From a virus (Duplodnaviria > Caudoviricetes): a stretch of 64,000 nucleotides of DNA. The notes under the pieces are model-generated. The model did not search any database and was not told where the DNA came from. It worked only from the letters and a program-made list of their open reading frames with translations. The DNA is taken from the IMG/VR virus record IMGVR_UViG_3300028628_000004; one strand, written 5' to 3'. The first letter of the stretch is position 1; each line of letters begins with the position of its first letter. The position numbers and the translations under genes are program-made. Positions 26,293 to 36,527 of the stretch are shown one piece after another.

Positions 26293-27230
26293 TTTCTGAA
26301 GTTATCCTGATTTTTGAGGAACCATTCGTAAGTTATTTGGACGCCTTCCTCGAAGGTGTGCTTGGCTTTCCACCCAAGATTGTTTATCTTTGACACATCC
26401 AAAAGCTTCCGTATAGTTCCATCTGGCTTGCTTGTATCAAACGAGAAGGTTCCGCTATATCCTATAACCTTACTGACTATTTCATAAATCTCTACTATTG
26501 AATAGTCGTTTCCAGTTCCAATGTTTATTGGGGTTGTGCCGTTGTAGTTATCCATCAGAAACACACATGCTTCTGCTAAGTCATCTGAAAATAGTACCTC
26601 TCTTCTAGCCTTACCTGTTCCCCAAATCTTAAGTTCATTTGTTCCATTCATCTTCGCCTCATGAATTCTTCGAATCAATGCGGGTATGAGATGGCTATTT
26701 TCGAAATGGAAATTATCATTTAAACCATATAAGTTACAAGGCATAGCAGATATAAAGCTATCATTGTATTGCTTGCAATACGACTCACACATCTTGACCC
26801 CGAGAATTTTTGCAAGGGCGTAGATTTCGTTTGTCTTTTCGAGTTCACATGATAATAGATATTCTTCTTTTATAGGCTGTGGGCATTCTTTTGGGTATAT
26901 ACAGTTGGATCCAAGGAATAAAAGCTTCTTAACTCCATTGACATGTGCCGCATTAAGAACATTTAATTGAATCATACCGTTTATATAACCAAATTCAACA
27001 GGGAATGTGGAATTGGCATGGATTCCACCCACCTTAGCGGCAGACAGTAGAACATACTCTGGCTTTTCTACTGCGAAAAAAGCATCGACTTGTTCTTGTT
27101 TGGTTAGGTCTAGCTCTTTTTTCGATTTAACTATTATGTTACTATAACCATTCGCCATCAAGTATCTATGAAGAGCATTGCCAACCAGACCATTATGACC
27201 AGCCACGAATATTTTTGAGTCTTTGTTCAT
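26289..27230 (-). CDS. fcl: GDP-L-fucose synthase
   Basis: AGHNGLVG, AAKVGGI, FLGSNCIYP, YALAK, WGTG..RRE, KPDG. Confidence 0.95.
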   Translation of the reverse strand: MNKDSKIFVAGHNGLVGNALHRYLMANGYSNIIVKSKKELDLTKQEQVDAFFAVEKPEYVLLSAAKVGGIHANSTFPVEFGYINGMIQLNVLNAAHVNGVKKLLFLGSNCIYPKECPQPIKEEYLLSCELEKTNEIYALAKILGVKMCESYCKQYNDSFISAMPCNLYGLNDNFHFENSHLIPALIRRIHEAKMNGTNELKIWGTGKARREVLFSDDLAEACVFLMDNYNGTTPINIGTGNDYSIVEIYEIVSKVIGYSGTFSFDTSKPDGTIRKLLDVSKINNLGWKAKHTFEEGVQITYEWFLKNQDNFRK

Positions 27231-27574
27231 TGATCCTCGCTTTTGTATATTTTTACATTATCTTCGACAAGAGACTTTCCTTCAACAACAGACTTTTCTA
27301 TTAGCTTATTTATTGCTTCGATAAGCTTTGGTCTTTTCTGTTTGAAGCAGATATCTAGCTTTCTCTTGACGGTTGCTAGGTCAGCATCGCTGATATTCTT
27401 ATGAATAGTATCCTCAAGCATCCAGGCTCTTATATGGACAATTATGAGCTTATCCAAAACTTCTCCGATATTGTCTGTTTCAATAAACGAAATATCTTCG
27501 GGTATTGCTTTCTTTTCGCATACTTCCTTGACATATTCTTTTATATGGGCATCTATCAGTTCGTTTATTTTCAT
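27227..27574 (-). CDS. Hypothetical protein (DUF4254-like helical)
   Basis: GEVLDKLII...W..ED pattern; inside the gmd-fcl operon. Confidence 0.55.
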   Translation of the reverse strand: MKINELIDAHIKEYVKEVCEKKAIPEDISFIETDNIGEVLDKLIIVHIRAWMLEDTIHKNISDADLATVKRKLDICFKQKRPKLIEAINKLIEKSVVEGKSLVEDNVKIYKSEDQ

Positions 27575-27586
27575 ATGAATTCCTTA

Positions 27587-28663
27587 CTATGGGTTGAGCA
27601 TATCTTTAACAAGACGATGGAAATCAAACTTTGGTTTCCATCCAAGTTCCTTCTGTGCTTTGGTGGCATCGCCAAGTAGCACTTCAACTTCTGAGGGTCT
27701 GAAATATTTGGGATTGACAACTACTAGAGGTAATCCATCGACGGGGGTTCCGAATGTATTCCAAACGAGCTTCTCGTTAAGTCCATCACCTTCCCAATGC
27801 ATGTGCTGTGAATCGCCCCCCATCCACTCAAGCTGGGTAAAGCACTCGTTGATGAATTCCTTTACGGAATAAGTCTTGTTGGTTGCTATAACATAATCCT
27901 TCGGTTCTGACTGTTGTAGCATGAGCCACATTGCCTCTACATAGTCCTTAGCATGTCCCCAATCCCTTTTTGCATTAAGATTGCCAAGTTCCAACGGCGG
28001 CAGTTCCCAACAACTTGACCTAAAACTCTGACTTACAAACTTCTGCATCCAGTTTGTTATTTTCTTAGTTACAAATGTATCGCCTCTACGGGGACTCTCG
28101 TGGTTGAACAATATTCCGTTACATGCAAACATTCCATATGCTTCTCTATAGTTCTTCACAATCCATAACCCATACATCTTGGCGCATCCATAAGGCGACC
28201 GTGGGTGCATGGGAGATTCTTCTGTATAGCCTGTTTCTGGCATGTTATATCCCATCCCACCATAAAGCTCACTCGTAGATGCCTGATAAAACCTTGCCTT
28301 TGGGCAGTGGTTCCGTATTGCCTCAATCATATTGAGGGTTCCAATAGCATCTGTTTGGGCAGTATAGTAAGGCAACTCGAAAGATACCTTTACATGAGAC
28401 TGAGCCGCAAGATTGTAAACCTCATCTGGCTGTATAGATGTTACAAGTTGATTAATATTGACCGGATCTGTAACATCCCCATAGTGTATAAAGAGTGTTT
28501 TGTTATAGATATTAATATCTGTCATAAGGTGGTCAATCCTACCTGTATTAAATACAGATGACCTTCTTATGACGCCATGAACTTCATATCCCTTCTCAAG
28601 TAAAAATTCGAGTAGATACGATCCGTCTTGACCGTTCGCGCCAGTGACTAATGCTTTTTTCAT
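27587..28663 (-). CDS. gmd: GDP-mannose 4,6-dehydratase
   Basis: TGANGQDGSYL, AAQSHV, QASTSELYG, PRSPYGCAK, FNHESPRRG, RDWGHA. Confidence 0.97.
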   Translation of the reverse strand: MKKALVTGANGQDGSYLLEFLLEKGYEVHGVIRRSSVFNTGRIDHLMTDINIYNKTLFIHYGDVTDPVNINQLVTSIQPDEVYNLAAQSHVKVSFELPYYTAQTDAIGTLNMIEAIRNHCPKARFYQASTSELYGGMGYNMPETGYTEESPMHPRSPYGCAKMYGLWIVKNYREAYGMFACNGILFNHESPRRGDTFVTKKITNWMQKFVSQSFRSSCWELPPLELGNLNAKRDWGHAKDYVEAMWLMLQQSEPKDYVIATNKTYSVKEFINECFTQLEWMGGDSQHMHWEGDGLNEKLVWNTFGTPVDGLPLVVVNPKYFRPSEVEVLLGDATKAQKELGWKPKFDFHRLVKDMLNP

Positions 28664-28676
28664 GCAACATATTATA

Positions 28677-29711
28677 TCACAGTAACTTCAATTTTGTGTA
28701 GCCCAATTTCCCGTGATATGTATTCTCATTAATGAAACTTTCTGGTATCTCATCGACATTTAGATGTGAAAGTAGGTCATTAGTGTCTTTACATGGAGTT
28801 CCTTTGGGGAATACGAAGCAACTTTCTCCCATATGAAGTAGCTTCTCAGTCATTTCTCTTCCTGTTTTATCGGTCCAATAGTTATCGAATGACCAAATAA
28901 CATCTTTAAATTTCTTGTGTACACCTGATATATAAAACTTACTGATTCTTGCGCCACCAGTGCCAAGTCCCTGTTTTCCAAATGCAAGGGCACTTAGAGT
29001 TCCTTCCGACATGAATACTGGTTTTTCCGGATCTGCCCGCCATAATCCGAATATTGGCTTGGCAAGATTTTCAATTCCTGCTGCGGTATCTTTAAGAAAA
29101 AGATATTTCTCTTGGTCTTCTTGGGTCTTTGATTTGAATAGTATTCTTCCCTGTATATGAAGTAAATTCATTTTCTTTGCGTCCCACATAGGTATACCAA
29201 TATAGCCACGCAATTGACCTTCGAAAATAAAGAAAAACTCTGACCAATCCTGCTCTCGTATCTTACGGTCACTAAGGTACTTTATAGCTTTTTGGCGACA
29301 CGCTTCCTTCGATTCGTGCTTCTGTTTTCTGCTTAACGGGAAGGCATTGTCTTGAAGATAACACCGAAGCTTCATGTCAAATTCTTCGGTTCGGTCAATC
29401 TCTGGTTCTTTAGGTATATTCCTCTTCATAAAGTCACCCGACTTTATGGAGTCAAATATATACTGCTTCAGTGATTCTACACACTCAGGGAACTCGTCTT
29501 TGAGGAAATGATAGAACCCATTGGAGTATCCGCAGTTGTGACAATATACATGATATCTGTCACTGTATTCCTTTATATACATTCTTTTCTTGTAGTCGCC
29601 GCATAGGGGACAACGACCACGATGTATGAAGGAATTTGATGTTTTTACTACTTCGCAATCTGGCACTATTCTATAGAATATGGCTTGAACTGCGTATGAA
29701 GGGGGCTTCAT
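28677..29711 (-). CDS. gp61: DNA primase (T4 gp61-like)
   Basis: RCPLCGD...CHNCG Zn finger, SEG, FDN, KDTND. Confidence 0.85.
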   Translation of the reverse strand: MKPPSYAVQAIFYRIVPDCEVVKTSNSFIHRGRCPLCGDYKKRMYIKEYSDRYHVYCHNCGYSNGFYHFLKDEFPECVESLKQYIFDSIKSGDFMKRNIPKEPEIDRTEEFDMKLRCYLQDNAFPLSRKQKHESKEACRQKAIKYLSDRKIREQDWSEFFFIFEGQLRGYIGIPMWDAKKMNLLHIQGRILFKSKTQEDQEKYLFLKDTAAGIENLAKPIFGLWRADPEKPVFMSEGTLSALAFGKQGLGTGGARISKFYISGVHKKFKDVIWSFDNYWTDKTGREMTEKLLHMGESCFVFPKGTPCKDTNDLLSHLNVDEIPESFINENTYHGKLGYTKLKLL

Positions 29712-29718
29712 AATTCCA

Positions 29719-30117
29719 TTATGGCACAGGTCGCTTATTTGTCAAATATTGTTTAAATTTATGAATGATTTTATATTGATGCTTATCCCTATGCGGAATA
29801 ACATCAATCTTATCTTTTAGGGTGAGAATTTTAGATATCTCATCGACATCTATTGCAGACACAAATCCCCAATCCTGAAGAAGATATGTTATAGTCGCTC
29901 TTCTCAAACTATCAACTTCGTTAAAGGTGCTGGGTTTGTTTTGAAGGAGGAACATTTCTTTAAAGTGGCATATACTATAAGTATCTTCGTCAATTTTATG
30001 ACAGTAACATGATGGATATATTACCTTCTCTTTTCTGTTTACAACGCCCATCCTCTCAAGCGTCTCACATACCTGTCCATAGGGCTTTAATAATTTGACT
30101 TTTATTCCGATATCCAT
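29719..30117 (-). CDS. regA: Translational repressor RegA
   Basis: ETLERMGV...YPSC...HFKEMF...RR.TI. Confidence 0.88.
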   Translation of the reverse strand: MDIGIKVKLLKPYGQVCETLERMGVVNRKEKVIYPSCYCHKIDEDTYSICHFKEMFLLQNKPSTFNEVDSLRRATITYLLQDWGFVSAIDVDEISKILTLKDKIDVIPHRDKHQYKIIHKFKQYLTNKRPVP

Positions 30118-30121
30118 GATA

Positions 30122-30571
30122 TTATTTCCTTAACCCACCTTGGGTTCTCTTTATGGAATCTACCCATTTTTCACCATACTGGTCAATATACATAAGAGCT
30201 TCTCTTTGATTACAATCGAAGTAAGACATAACACATGAAACATCCTTATCTTCTTGACTAACTGATTTTAGGTATAAAGTTCTTTCGGTTGTTTCTGGTA
30301 TTATTCTGACAAGCATCTTATAGAATCTTTTCTTGTCAAGACCATGCCCGCCAAATGTTTGATGTAGAGTATTGATATAGTTGGCATATTCGATAAGTGA
30401 AGGATGCATTGACAACACACGCACCGCCATGAACGGTGAAAATCCCTTTTCGTAATCGGGGTTGTCGAGTAGCGTGCCAGTCTTATGAACTAAGATATCA
30501 TCTATAATTTCCCATAGATAACTCTTAGTCTCTTTCTTCTTTAGTCCTTCTCTTTTCTTATGCTTAGTCAT
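30122..30571 (-). CDS. gp62: Clamp loader small subunit (gp62-like)
   Basis: FSPFMAVRVLS, YF...REA..Y, C-terminal GG; synteny. Confidence 0.75.
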   Translation of the reverse strand: MTKHKKREGLKKKETKSYLWEIIDDILVHKTGTLLDNPDYEKGFSPFMAVRVLSMHPSLIEYANYINTLHQTFGGHGLDKKRFYKMLVRIIPETTERTLYLKSVSQEDKDVSCVMSYFDCNQREALMYIDQYGEKWVDSIKRTQGGLRK

Positions 30572-31668
30572 TACTTTCTTTTCTTAGTGGGTGCCTTATC
30601 TTCTGGTTGACCAACTTCCATCTTACCAAGAGTCTTTGTCATCTGACCCATAAGTGCAGGATCTATATCATTCTGAACGGATGTAAGACCTCTTGCTCCT
30701 TGCTCAGACTTGTCAAGCGACTTAAAGTTTTCAACTTCGGCAGCGGCTTTTCTCTCGGCATGCGACAACTCATCGTCCATTGCACTTGGGTCGTGATTTA
30801 CATGACGGGCAACAGCGGTTGATCTTACTTCAGCAAGCCTAGCCGCCAACTCAGGATCATTGTCTGGATCGCCCCTTGTCACTATGGATTTTGGTGGGAC
30901 TGTTGGTGCGGCTGGCGCTGTACCCCCAGCCATAGCTGCTTGGAACATCTGTAACATAGCAAACATTGGGTTTGGCTGTCCGTTTGGCAATGTAGGTGAC
31001 ATCATTGCCGCCATTGGGTTATTAGCCTGGGCTTCGGGGGGAATCTCAGCCATCTTGGGCGTGTCGTTTTGCGTTGGGGGTGTTATTGGGGCAGGGGGTA
31101 TCTGCATGGGAATAACTTCATCAGTGTTGTTTGGGTTTATCGCCTGTGAAGGCGGCGTTGACTGTTGCCCAGGTGCTTTTGATCCCTTGCGGAGAGGAAT
31201 ATAACTCCATACTGGTGTCTGTTCATTGACATGTGGTGCTATTCTACTAAGAGGCGTAACAGTTAACGAGTACTGTATCTGTTGAACAATATGCGGGGTT
31301 CTGGCAAATGTTGATAATACAATTTGTTTAGCTTGATCTGGATTTGCGGCGGCTATAAAGTAAAAATTCTTTAGCCCTCCCTTAAGACCTCTATCTGTTA
31401 CTTCTGGTCTGTTTGATGTGTCAAGTACGACTAAAAATTTCTCTGCCATAAGTCCTCTTTCTGTGTTATTAGTATATTTTATACTATTTTTTGATTTATT
31501 CAATAAATTGTTTGTGTAAGAGTCGTCGGCAATAACTGGTAAAGGAATTGCTTGGGCTTTTTTTGGAAGACCAATATCAACGCCAAGATCAGGTATTTCT
31601 GGTTCTGGTAATGTCTCTTCCTCTTTTGGTTTCTTCCACCCTAAAAATTTCTTAAACGAGTCAAACAA
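30571..31668 (-). CDS. Hypothetical protein with Pro/Ala/Gln-rich disordered middle
   Basis: 365-aa ORF between gp44 and gp62. Confidence 0.7.
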   Translation of the reverse strand: MFDSFKKFLGWKKPKEEETLPEPEIPDLGVDIGLPKKAQAIPLPVIADDSYTNNLLNKSKNSIKYTNNTERGLMAEKFLVVLDTSNRPEVTDRGLKGGLKNFYFIAAANPDQAKQIVLSTFARTPHIVQQIQYSLTVTPLSRIAPHVNEQTPVWSYIPLRKGSKAPGQQSTPPSQAINPNNTDEVIPMQIPPAPITPPTQNDTPKMAEIPPEAQANNPMAAMMSPTLPNGQPNPMFAMLQMFQAAMAGGTAPAAPTVPPKSIVTRGDPDNDPELAARLAEVRSTAVARHVNHDPSAMDDELSHAERKAAAEVENFKSLDKSEQGARGLTSVQNDIDPALMGQMTKTLGKMEVGQPEDKAPTKKRK

Positions 31669-32577
31669 TTAAATCTCCTGTATTATCTTTAGCACCGTTG
31701 ACATAAAGTTTACCTCGAAGTCAGCGACCGCAGCTTGGGACTTCATCCCTTCGGCTACAAGTATCATGATAATTTCTACCTTCTCTGGACTTATCTCTTC
31801 TGCCCTGTCAAATAATACCTTAAATAAATTGTCGTAAGTGTCTGTGCCGCAAACCTTTGTGCGTATATCTCTCCAGTTCTTCTCTTTGATAAGCTGAACA
31901 AGCATATCATGACGAGCGAAGAATGTTTTACTTTGGTCGATTTGAAATACCCCACCAATCGTGAACTTCGACAAGGCACCTACAATTTGGCGAATGTCTG
32001 GATAGAATTCATTTATGATGTATTTGACATCCCTGGCGAAGTTTACACACTTTATTCCTTCAGTATCTAAGATGTGCTTGCATCGTTTAGCTATTTCATT
32101 TTTTGAGATGTTATTGAAGTCAAACTTCTGGCAACGCGACTTGATGGCGTCTGGAATCCTACCCAAGTTATTTCCAGTCAAAAAGAATCTTGCTGTTTCA
32201 ATATATTCTTCCATTACTCCACGTAAAGCCTGAAGAGAGTCGTTTGTTAGGTTATCAACCTCGTCAAGAATAACAATTTTTATTCCGCTATCGTCCCATG
32301 ACATGATAGAACAGAATGTTATAATTTCGTTTCTCAGTGTATCTATTCCTCTCTTATCAGAAGAGTTTAAGAACAGAACTTCCTGAGTGACATTCTTGGC
32401 TATTATCTTTGCACAGGTTGTCTTGCCAATACCAGGGGAACCAACGAAAAGAAGGTGTGGTGGATCTTTCTTTTCAATATACTCCTTGAACTTCGCCAGC
32501 ATATCACAATCACCGACAACATCTTCAATCTCCTGGGGACGGTATTTCTCTGTGAGGGGGATTCTTATAGCAGTCAT
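31669..32577 (-). CDS. gp44: Clamp loader large subunit (gp44, RFC-like AAA+)
   Basis: EKYRP, GSPGIGKTT, ILDEVD, SRC; start moved to 32577. Confidence 0.93.
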   Translation of the reverse strand: MTAIRIPLTEKYRPQEIEDVVGDCDMLAKFKEYIEKKDPPHLLFVGSPGIGKTTCAKIIAKNVTQEVLFLNSSDKRGIDTLRNEIITFCSIMSWDDSGIKIVILDEVDNLTNDSLQALRGVMEEYIETARFFLTGNNLGRIPDAIKSRCQKFDFNNISKNEIAKRCKHILDTEGIKCVNFARDVKYIINEFYPDIRQIVGALSKFTIGGVFQIDQSKTFFARHDMLVQLIKEKNWRDIRTKVCGTDTYDNLFKVLFDRAEEISPEKVEIIMILVAEGMKSQAAVADFEVNFMSTVLKIIQEI

Positions 32578-32618
32578 AATATCGCTCGCATATAAATACA
32601 TTATAACAGGAATTCCTA

Positions 32619-33542
32619 ATGAATCAAGAACGATCTGAAGATATGTTACATTATGTTTACATTTATTTGAATCCACTTGAGCCCGGAGATTATTCATATA
32701 ATGGTATTAAAATGTGCTATAAGCCGTTTTATGTTGGTGTTGGGATAGGGAGAAGATATTATTTTCATATAACCGAAGCAAAGTCAAAGAGAATGATTCC
32801 TTCAAATCCATATAAAACGAATATAATCAAGAAAATATTAAAGAGTAACCTTTTACCTCATATTATTTTTATAAAATCCAATATTTCAAGAAACGATGCG
32901 TTGATTATAGAAAGAGAAATAATAAGTGTTTTTGGTAATATTTACACTAATGGTGTTCTTTCTAACATGACAGACGGCGGGGAAAAATGTAGTACAATAT
33001 TAAACCACCCAAATAAAGAAGAAATAATACGAAAATTTAAAATAAGAAGTAGTGGAAAGAATAACTCAATGTTTGGAAAATACGGTAAGGATAACCCCAA
33101 TAGTTATTTGTATTTAATAGTTAAAGACGGTAAAAAGACATTTATATATGGGGGAGACGAGAAGATAAAGTGGATGAAGAACGAAAGTATATCCCCCGTT
33201 ACATTTCAAAAGTTAGTTGATAGGAAGAAACTTTCTCATAACGGTGTACAGATATTCAAGATTAAAGAAAAAGATAATATTAGTAAAATTAAGATACTTT
33301 CACCAACTCAGGTTAAAAAATATGAAGATATTTTGAAACATGAGGGTAGAATTGCCGCCAAGAAAAATAGTAAACTAAAAGGAAAAAGAAAGTATAAAAT
33401 AACTTTCCCGAATGGGAAAGTGGAGATAGTAAATAACTTCTCAAATTTCTGCAAGAAATATCATTTACATAGAGCAACATTCAGACAAGTTGCTTACGGT
33501 ACTAAAGATACCTATAGAGGATGGAAATGTTGTTTTATTTAA
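32619..33542 (+). CDS. GIY-YIG-like homing endonuclease, inserted antisense between gp45 and gp44
   Basis: YVYIYLNP...PFYVGVG, NMTDGGE, SGKNNSMFGK (NUMOD3-like); TATAAATA at 32591-32598. Confidence 0.8.
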   Translation: MNQERSEDMLHYVYIYLNPLEPGDYSYNGIKMCYKPFYVGVGIGRRYYFHITEAKSKRMIPSNPYKTNIIKKILKSNLLPHIIFIKSNISRNDALIIEREIISVFGNIYTNGVLSNMTDGGEKCSTILNHPNKEEIIRKFKIRSSGKNNSMFGKYGKDNPNSYLYLIVKDGKKTFIYGGDEKIKWMKNESISPVTFQKLVDRKKLSHNGVQIFKIKEKDNISKIKILSPTQVKKYEDILKHEGRIAAKKNSKLKGKRKYKITFPNGKVEIVNNFSNFCKKYHLHRATFRQVAYGTKDTYRGWKCCFI

Positions 33543-34290
33543 CCAGGGGGGTTACGGCGTGTTGAATGATATAAAAATCAGTTTCACCTGTTAAGAGAAG
33601 ACCCTTTTCGAATATCTTTGCAGAGAAGTTGTTTATCTTACTATTCAGCACAGGTTGTATCTTTTCCTTATCAAAGAGAACTTTAAAATCCTTCTTCATT
33701 TCGTCTACAGCGATCTTTGATGAGAAGTTGTTATATCTCTGAAATTGTTTATTGGTTACAGATACATTTATGAGCTTGGTAGCAGAGTCCCCGCTAAGAA
33801 TTACATTATCCATTTTGAGTAAGTTCATGGCTTTGACGAGTGAACCCATATTTTCATTCCATGCAAACGATGCTAACGGAGATTCGGTCGTTCCCTTTAT
33901 TTTAGATGATGGGGCACGCATGGTATCTTTAGCGGAACATCCATAATAAACAAACTTATTTGTGTCCTTTTCCACCACAAACATGTCTTCGGTCATTCGA
34001 ACATTAAACCCATTGGGGAATATTCTCATAATACCTATTAGCTCTGGGAGACTTATTACACCAAATACAAACTTTTGTTCAACTTTTTGAAAGCCTTTAA
34101 ATAAGTCTTGTTTATAATTTACTATGACAAAGTTGGAAGAATTCCCTGTTTGCGTTCCTATGTTTATTGTGTTGTCATCATTTATTTCAAATAGAATCTT
34201 ATCTATACCAACTCTTATTATATCTTCGAGCGGCTGAAGAAAAGATTCTGCTTGTTCTTTTGTAAAAGATCCTTGTAGCATATGGTTCAC
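33535..34290 (-). CDS. gp45: Sliding clamp (gp45-like)
   Basis: Size, FGVISLPELIG motif, position upstream of gp44. Confidence 0.65.
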   Translation of the reverse strand: MNHMLQGSFTKEQAESFLQPLEDIIRVGIDKILFEINDDNTINIGTQTGNSSNFVIVNYKQDLFKGFQKVEQKFVFGVISLPELIGIMRIFPNGFNVRMTEDMFVVEKDTNKFVYYGCSAKDTMRAPSSKIKGTTESPLASFAWNENMGSLVKAMNLLKMDNVILSGDSATKLINVSVTNKQFQRYNNFSSKIAVDEMKKDFKVLFDKEKIQPVLNSKINNFSAKIFEKGLLLTGETDFYIIQHAVTPLVK

Positions 34291-34325
34291 CTATGCTAGT
34301 CATTTTAACAACATATTGTAGTTTA

Positions 34326-35663
34326 TCAATTGGTTTTGTTTTTAATAGAGGATATTAAGTTTATGATATACTCTTCACTTGACGCAAGTGTTTTAGATTC
34401 GGGGGCATATCTAAACTTTTCGAACCAAGGAACTATCTGCCCAGGTTTTTCCACATGCTTAGCGTATTGGCAAAAGAATTTATTGAGCATTTCTCTAATC
34501 GTATAAACATCCGGTGACACGAGGTTGGTAAAGGTTGGAAGGTCTTGTAAGAAAGAAAGATTGTCAAACAGCCAATCGGCTATGACATTGACATGTGTTG
34601 GACCAACAAATATACTTGGATCGTGAGTAACTTCTCCGAACTTGTTGACATTTTTGCTTATCTTTTGAATTATGTTGTTTACGTCATCTAGTTCGCTTGT
34701 AAACAAATTAGCAACTCTCAAAACCTTAACATGCCTCTGTTTCTTAGATCCAGAATTAAGAGATTCGTTTACTATTTCTTCATATAATTTTTTAGATACA
34801 GTATATGGACTAAGATGAACATTGGGGGCTTCTTTAAAAACTTCTTTCAGTTCTTGGTAGATATAATCTGACGAGAAGTGAACAAGCTTCATTCCACGGC
34901 TACCCGTATATTCACCAAGGAGGAAAGGTAAATCAGAATTAGCCCAAAGAAGATTTGGATCCTTCTTTGATGCTTCTTGGACATTGGTGACACCGATGCA
35001 GTTTATAATAACAACCTCGGACGCCTTGGTATGTTCAGTTGCTTTCTGTATTCCATCCAGCATCTTTATTATTTCGGTTGAATTCTTAATGCGATGATAA
35101 AGAGGAATTACTTCGTAGTCATATTCGCCCATGTTTAAAAGAAGCTTCTCTGCTACCGCCGATCCTAACCTACCGTTAGCTCCCAATACTACATATACTT
35201 TCTTACCGCTGAGTCTATTTTCATGTCTTATCTCGTCTGTTTGTCCCTTCTTGCCTTCGCCCATAAATAACGAGGTTGGATAGTTTAGAGTTGCTGATGG
35301 CTTATCATCTAGGTTGCGATAAGCATGGAGGATTCCTGGCTTAACAGAGACATTTATTATCTTAGTAGGGTCTGTCATATAATAAGCAGATTTCTTGCTT
35401 GCTGTATCATAAAACATATAACACATATGATTCTTCCAAGAAACAAATTCATCTCGCTGGGCTACATGTTCATGGGGTCCACGCATGATATATGGCTCAG
35501 TCTCACTAATGTAACACATCTTTGAGTCGCTGTTTATATCAGAGTCGGTTCTGAAAGTTTCGCATACCATTCCGCGAGAATCGTTATATGTCTTTAATGA
35601 CCTTATAATAACCCCACCATCAAAAAATGATTGTATTATTTCATAGTTGATAGTTTTATCCAT
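34326..35663 (-). CDS. RmlC-like cupin epimerase fused to RmlD-like reductase
   Basis: DSRG..CE.FR, RGPHEH, PGILHAY; then LGANGRLG, HFSSDYIY, YTVSK. Confidence 0.8.
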   Translation of the reverse strand: MDKTINYEIIQSFFDGGVIIRSLKTYNDSRGMVCETFRTDSDINSDSKMCYISETEPYIMRGPHEHVAQRDEFVSWKNHMCYMFYDTASKKSAYYMTDPTKIINVSVKPGILHAYRNLDDKPSATLNYPTSLFMGEGKKGQTDEIRHENRLSGKKVYVVLGANGRLGSAVAEKLLLNMGEYDYEVIPLYHRIKNSTEIIKMLDGIQKATEHTKASEVVIINCIGVTNVQEASKKDPNLLWANSDLPFLLGEYTGSRGMKLVHFSSDYIYQELKEVFKEAPNVHLSPYTVSKKLYEEIVNESLNSGSKKQRHVKVLRVANLFTSELDDVNNIIQKISKNVNKFGEVTHDPSIFVGPTHVNVIADWLFDNLSFLQDLPTFTNLVSPDVYTIREMLNKFFCQYAKHVEKPGQIVPWFEKFRYAPESKTLASSEEYIINLISSIKNKTN

Positions 35664-35697
35664 TTTAGCCTCTGTAGTATTATACAGAGGAAATGAA

Positions 35698-36519
35698 TTA
35701 TTTCTTCTTTAATAAAGAAGCTTCTTTTTCAATTTTTTCTCTTATTTTCTTCTTGTAACTCTTTACGTGGTCAACCATGGTGCCATCAACATACTTTAAC
35801 ATATGGTCGCCAAACCCCTTTATATTCTTCTTTATAGGCTCAATTCCCTCAATGGTCTGCTTAAGACTGTTATGATCCTTGAACCAGTAGCGGAGAGCTA
35901 CCGCACCATAGATGATTGCTGCTAACATCGCAATTCCAATGATGTAGGGAACGAGTTCAAGAAGCCATGCTATTGTTCCGAGAGCCTGGGCTACAAACAA
36001 CATTATACCAGCGATAGCTCCGAGAATAATTGATGCCTTTGTAGCGACTGGACGAAGAAGTGGGAATCCAAAGGCAATCCCGCCCGCAAATATAGCTAAA
36101 AGCCCACATATACCAGCCATCCACCAGAGCTTTATCTTCCAAGCATCTAGCTTAGCTTCTTTTAGCTCCTTTTCCTTTTCTTCTTTTTGTAGCATATAAG
36201 ATTCTGCATTTTGCTTCCATTCTCTTGAATATGCTTCTGCGAGTTGAACTTTTATAGCGAGAGATTCTTTTTCGGAAGAAAGTCTTTCAATGGTAGCTCC
36301 ATTAGCAGCAGCTTCGGCTGCTTTCTTTTCAGATTCTTCTAGCTTCTTTTTAAGTGACTCGATATTTTGCTCACCCGGAGTCTGCGTCTTCTCTGGTGTT
36401 GGTACATTGGTAGCTACTGTTTTTTCTGGGGAGACATTATTGTTATTGTCTTTTCGACTGTCACCATCGCAACTAAATAAAGCTAAAATTGCGATGCCTA
36501 AAATTATCTCTTTAAACAT
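35698..36519 (-). CDS. Lipoprotein with coiled coil and ~3 transmembrane helices (spanin/lysis-like)
   Basis: Lipobox LFSC; hydrophobic segments; late promoter TATAAATA at 36538-36545. Confidence 0.6.
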   Translation of the reverse strand: MFKEIILGIAILALFSCDGDSRKDNNNNVSPEKTVATNVPTPEKTQTPGEQNIESLKKKLEESEKKAAEAAANGATIERLSSEKESLAIKVQLAEAYSREWKQNAESYMLQKEEKEKELKEAKLDAWKIKLWWMAGICGLLAIFAGGIAFGFPLLRPVATKASIILGAIAGIMLFVAQALGTIAWLLELVPYIIGIAMLAAIIYGAVALRYWFKDHNSLKQTIEGIEPIKKNIKGFGDHMLKYVDGTMVDHVKSYKKKIREKIEKEASLLKKK

Positions 36520-36527
36520 AACTCCCC

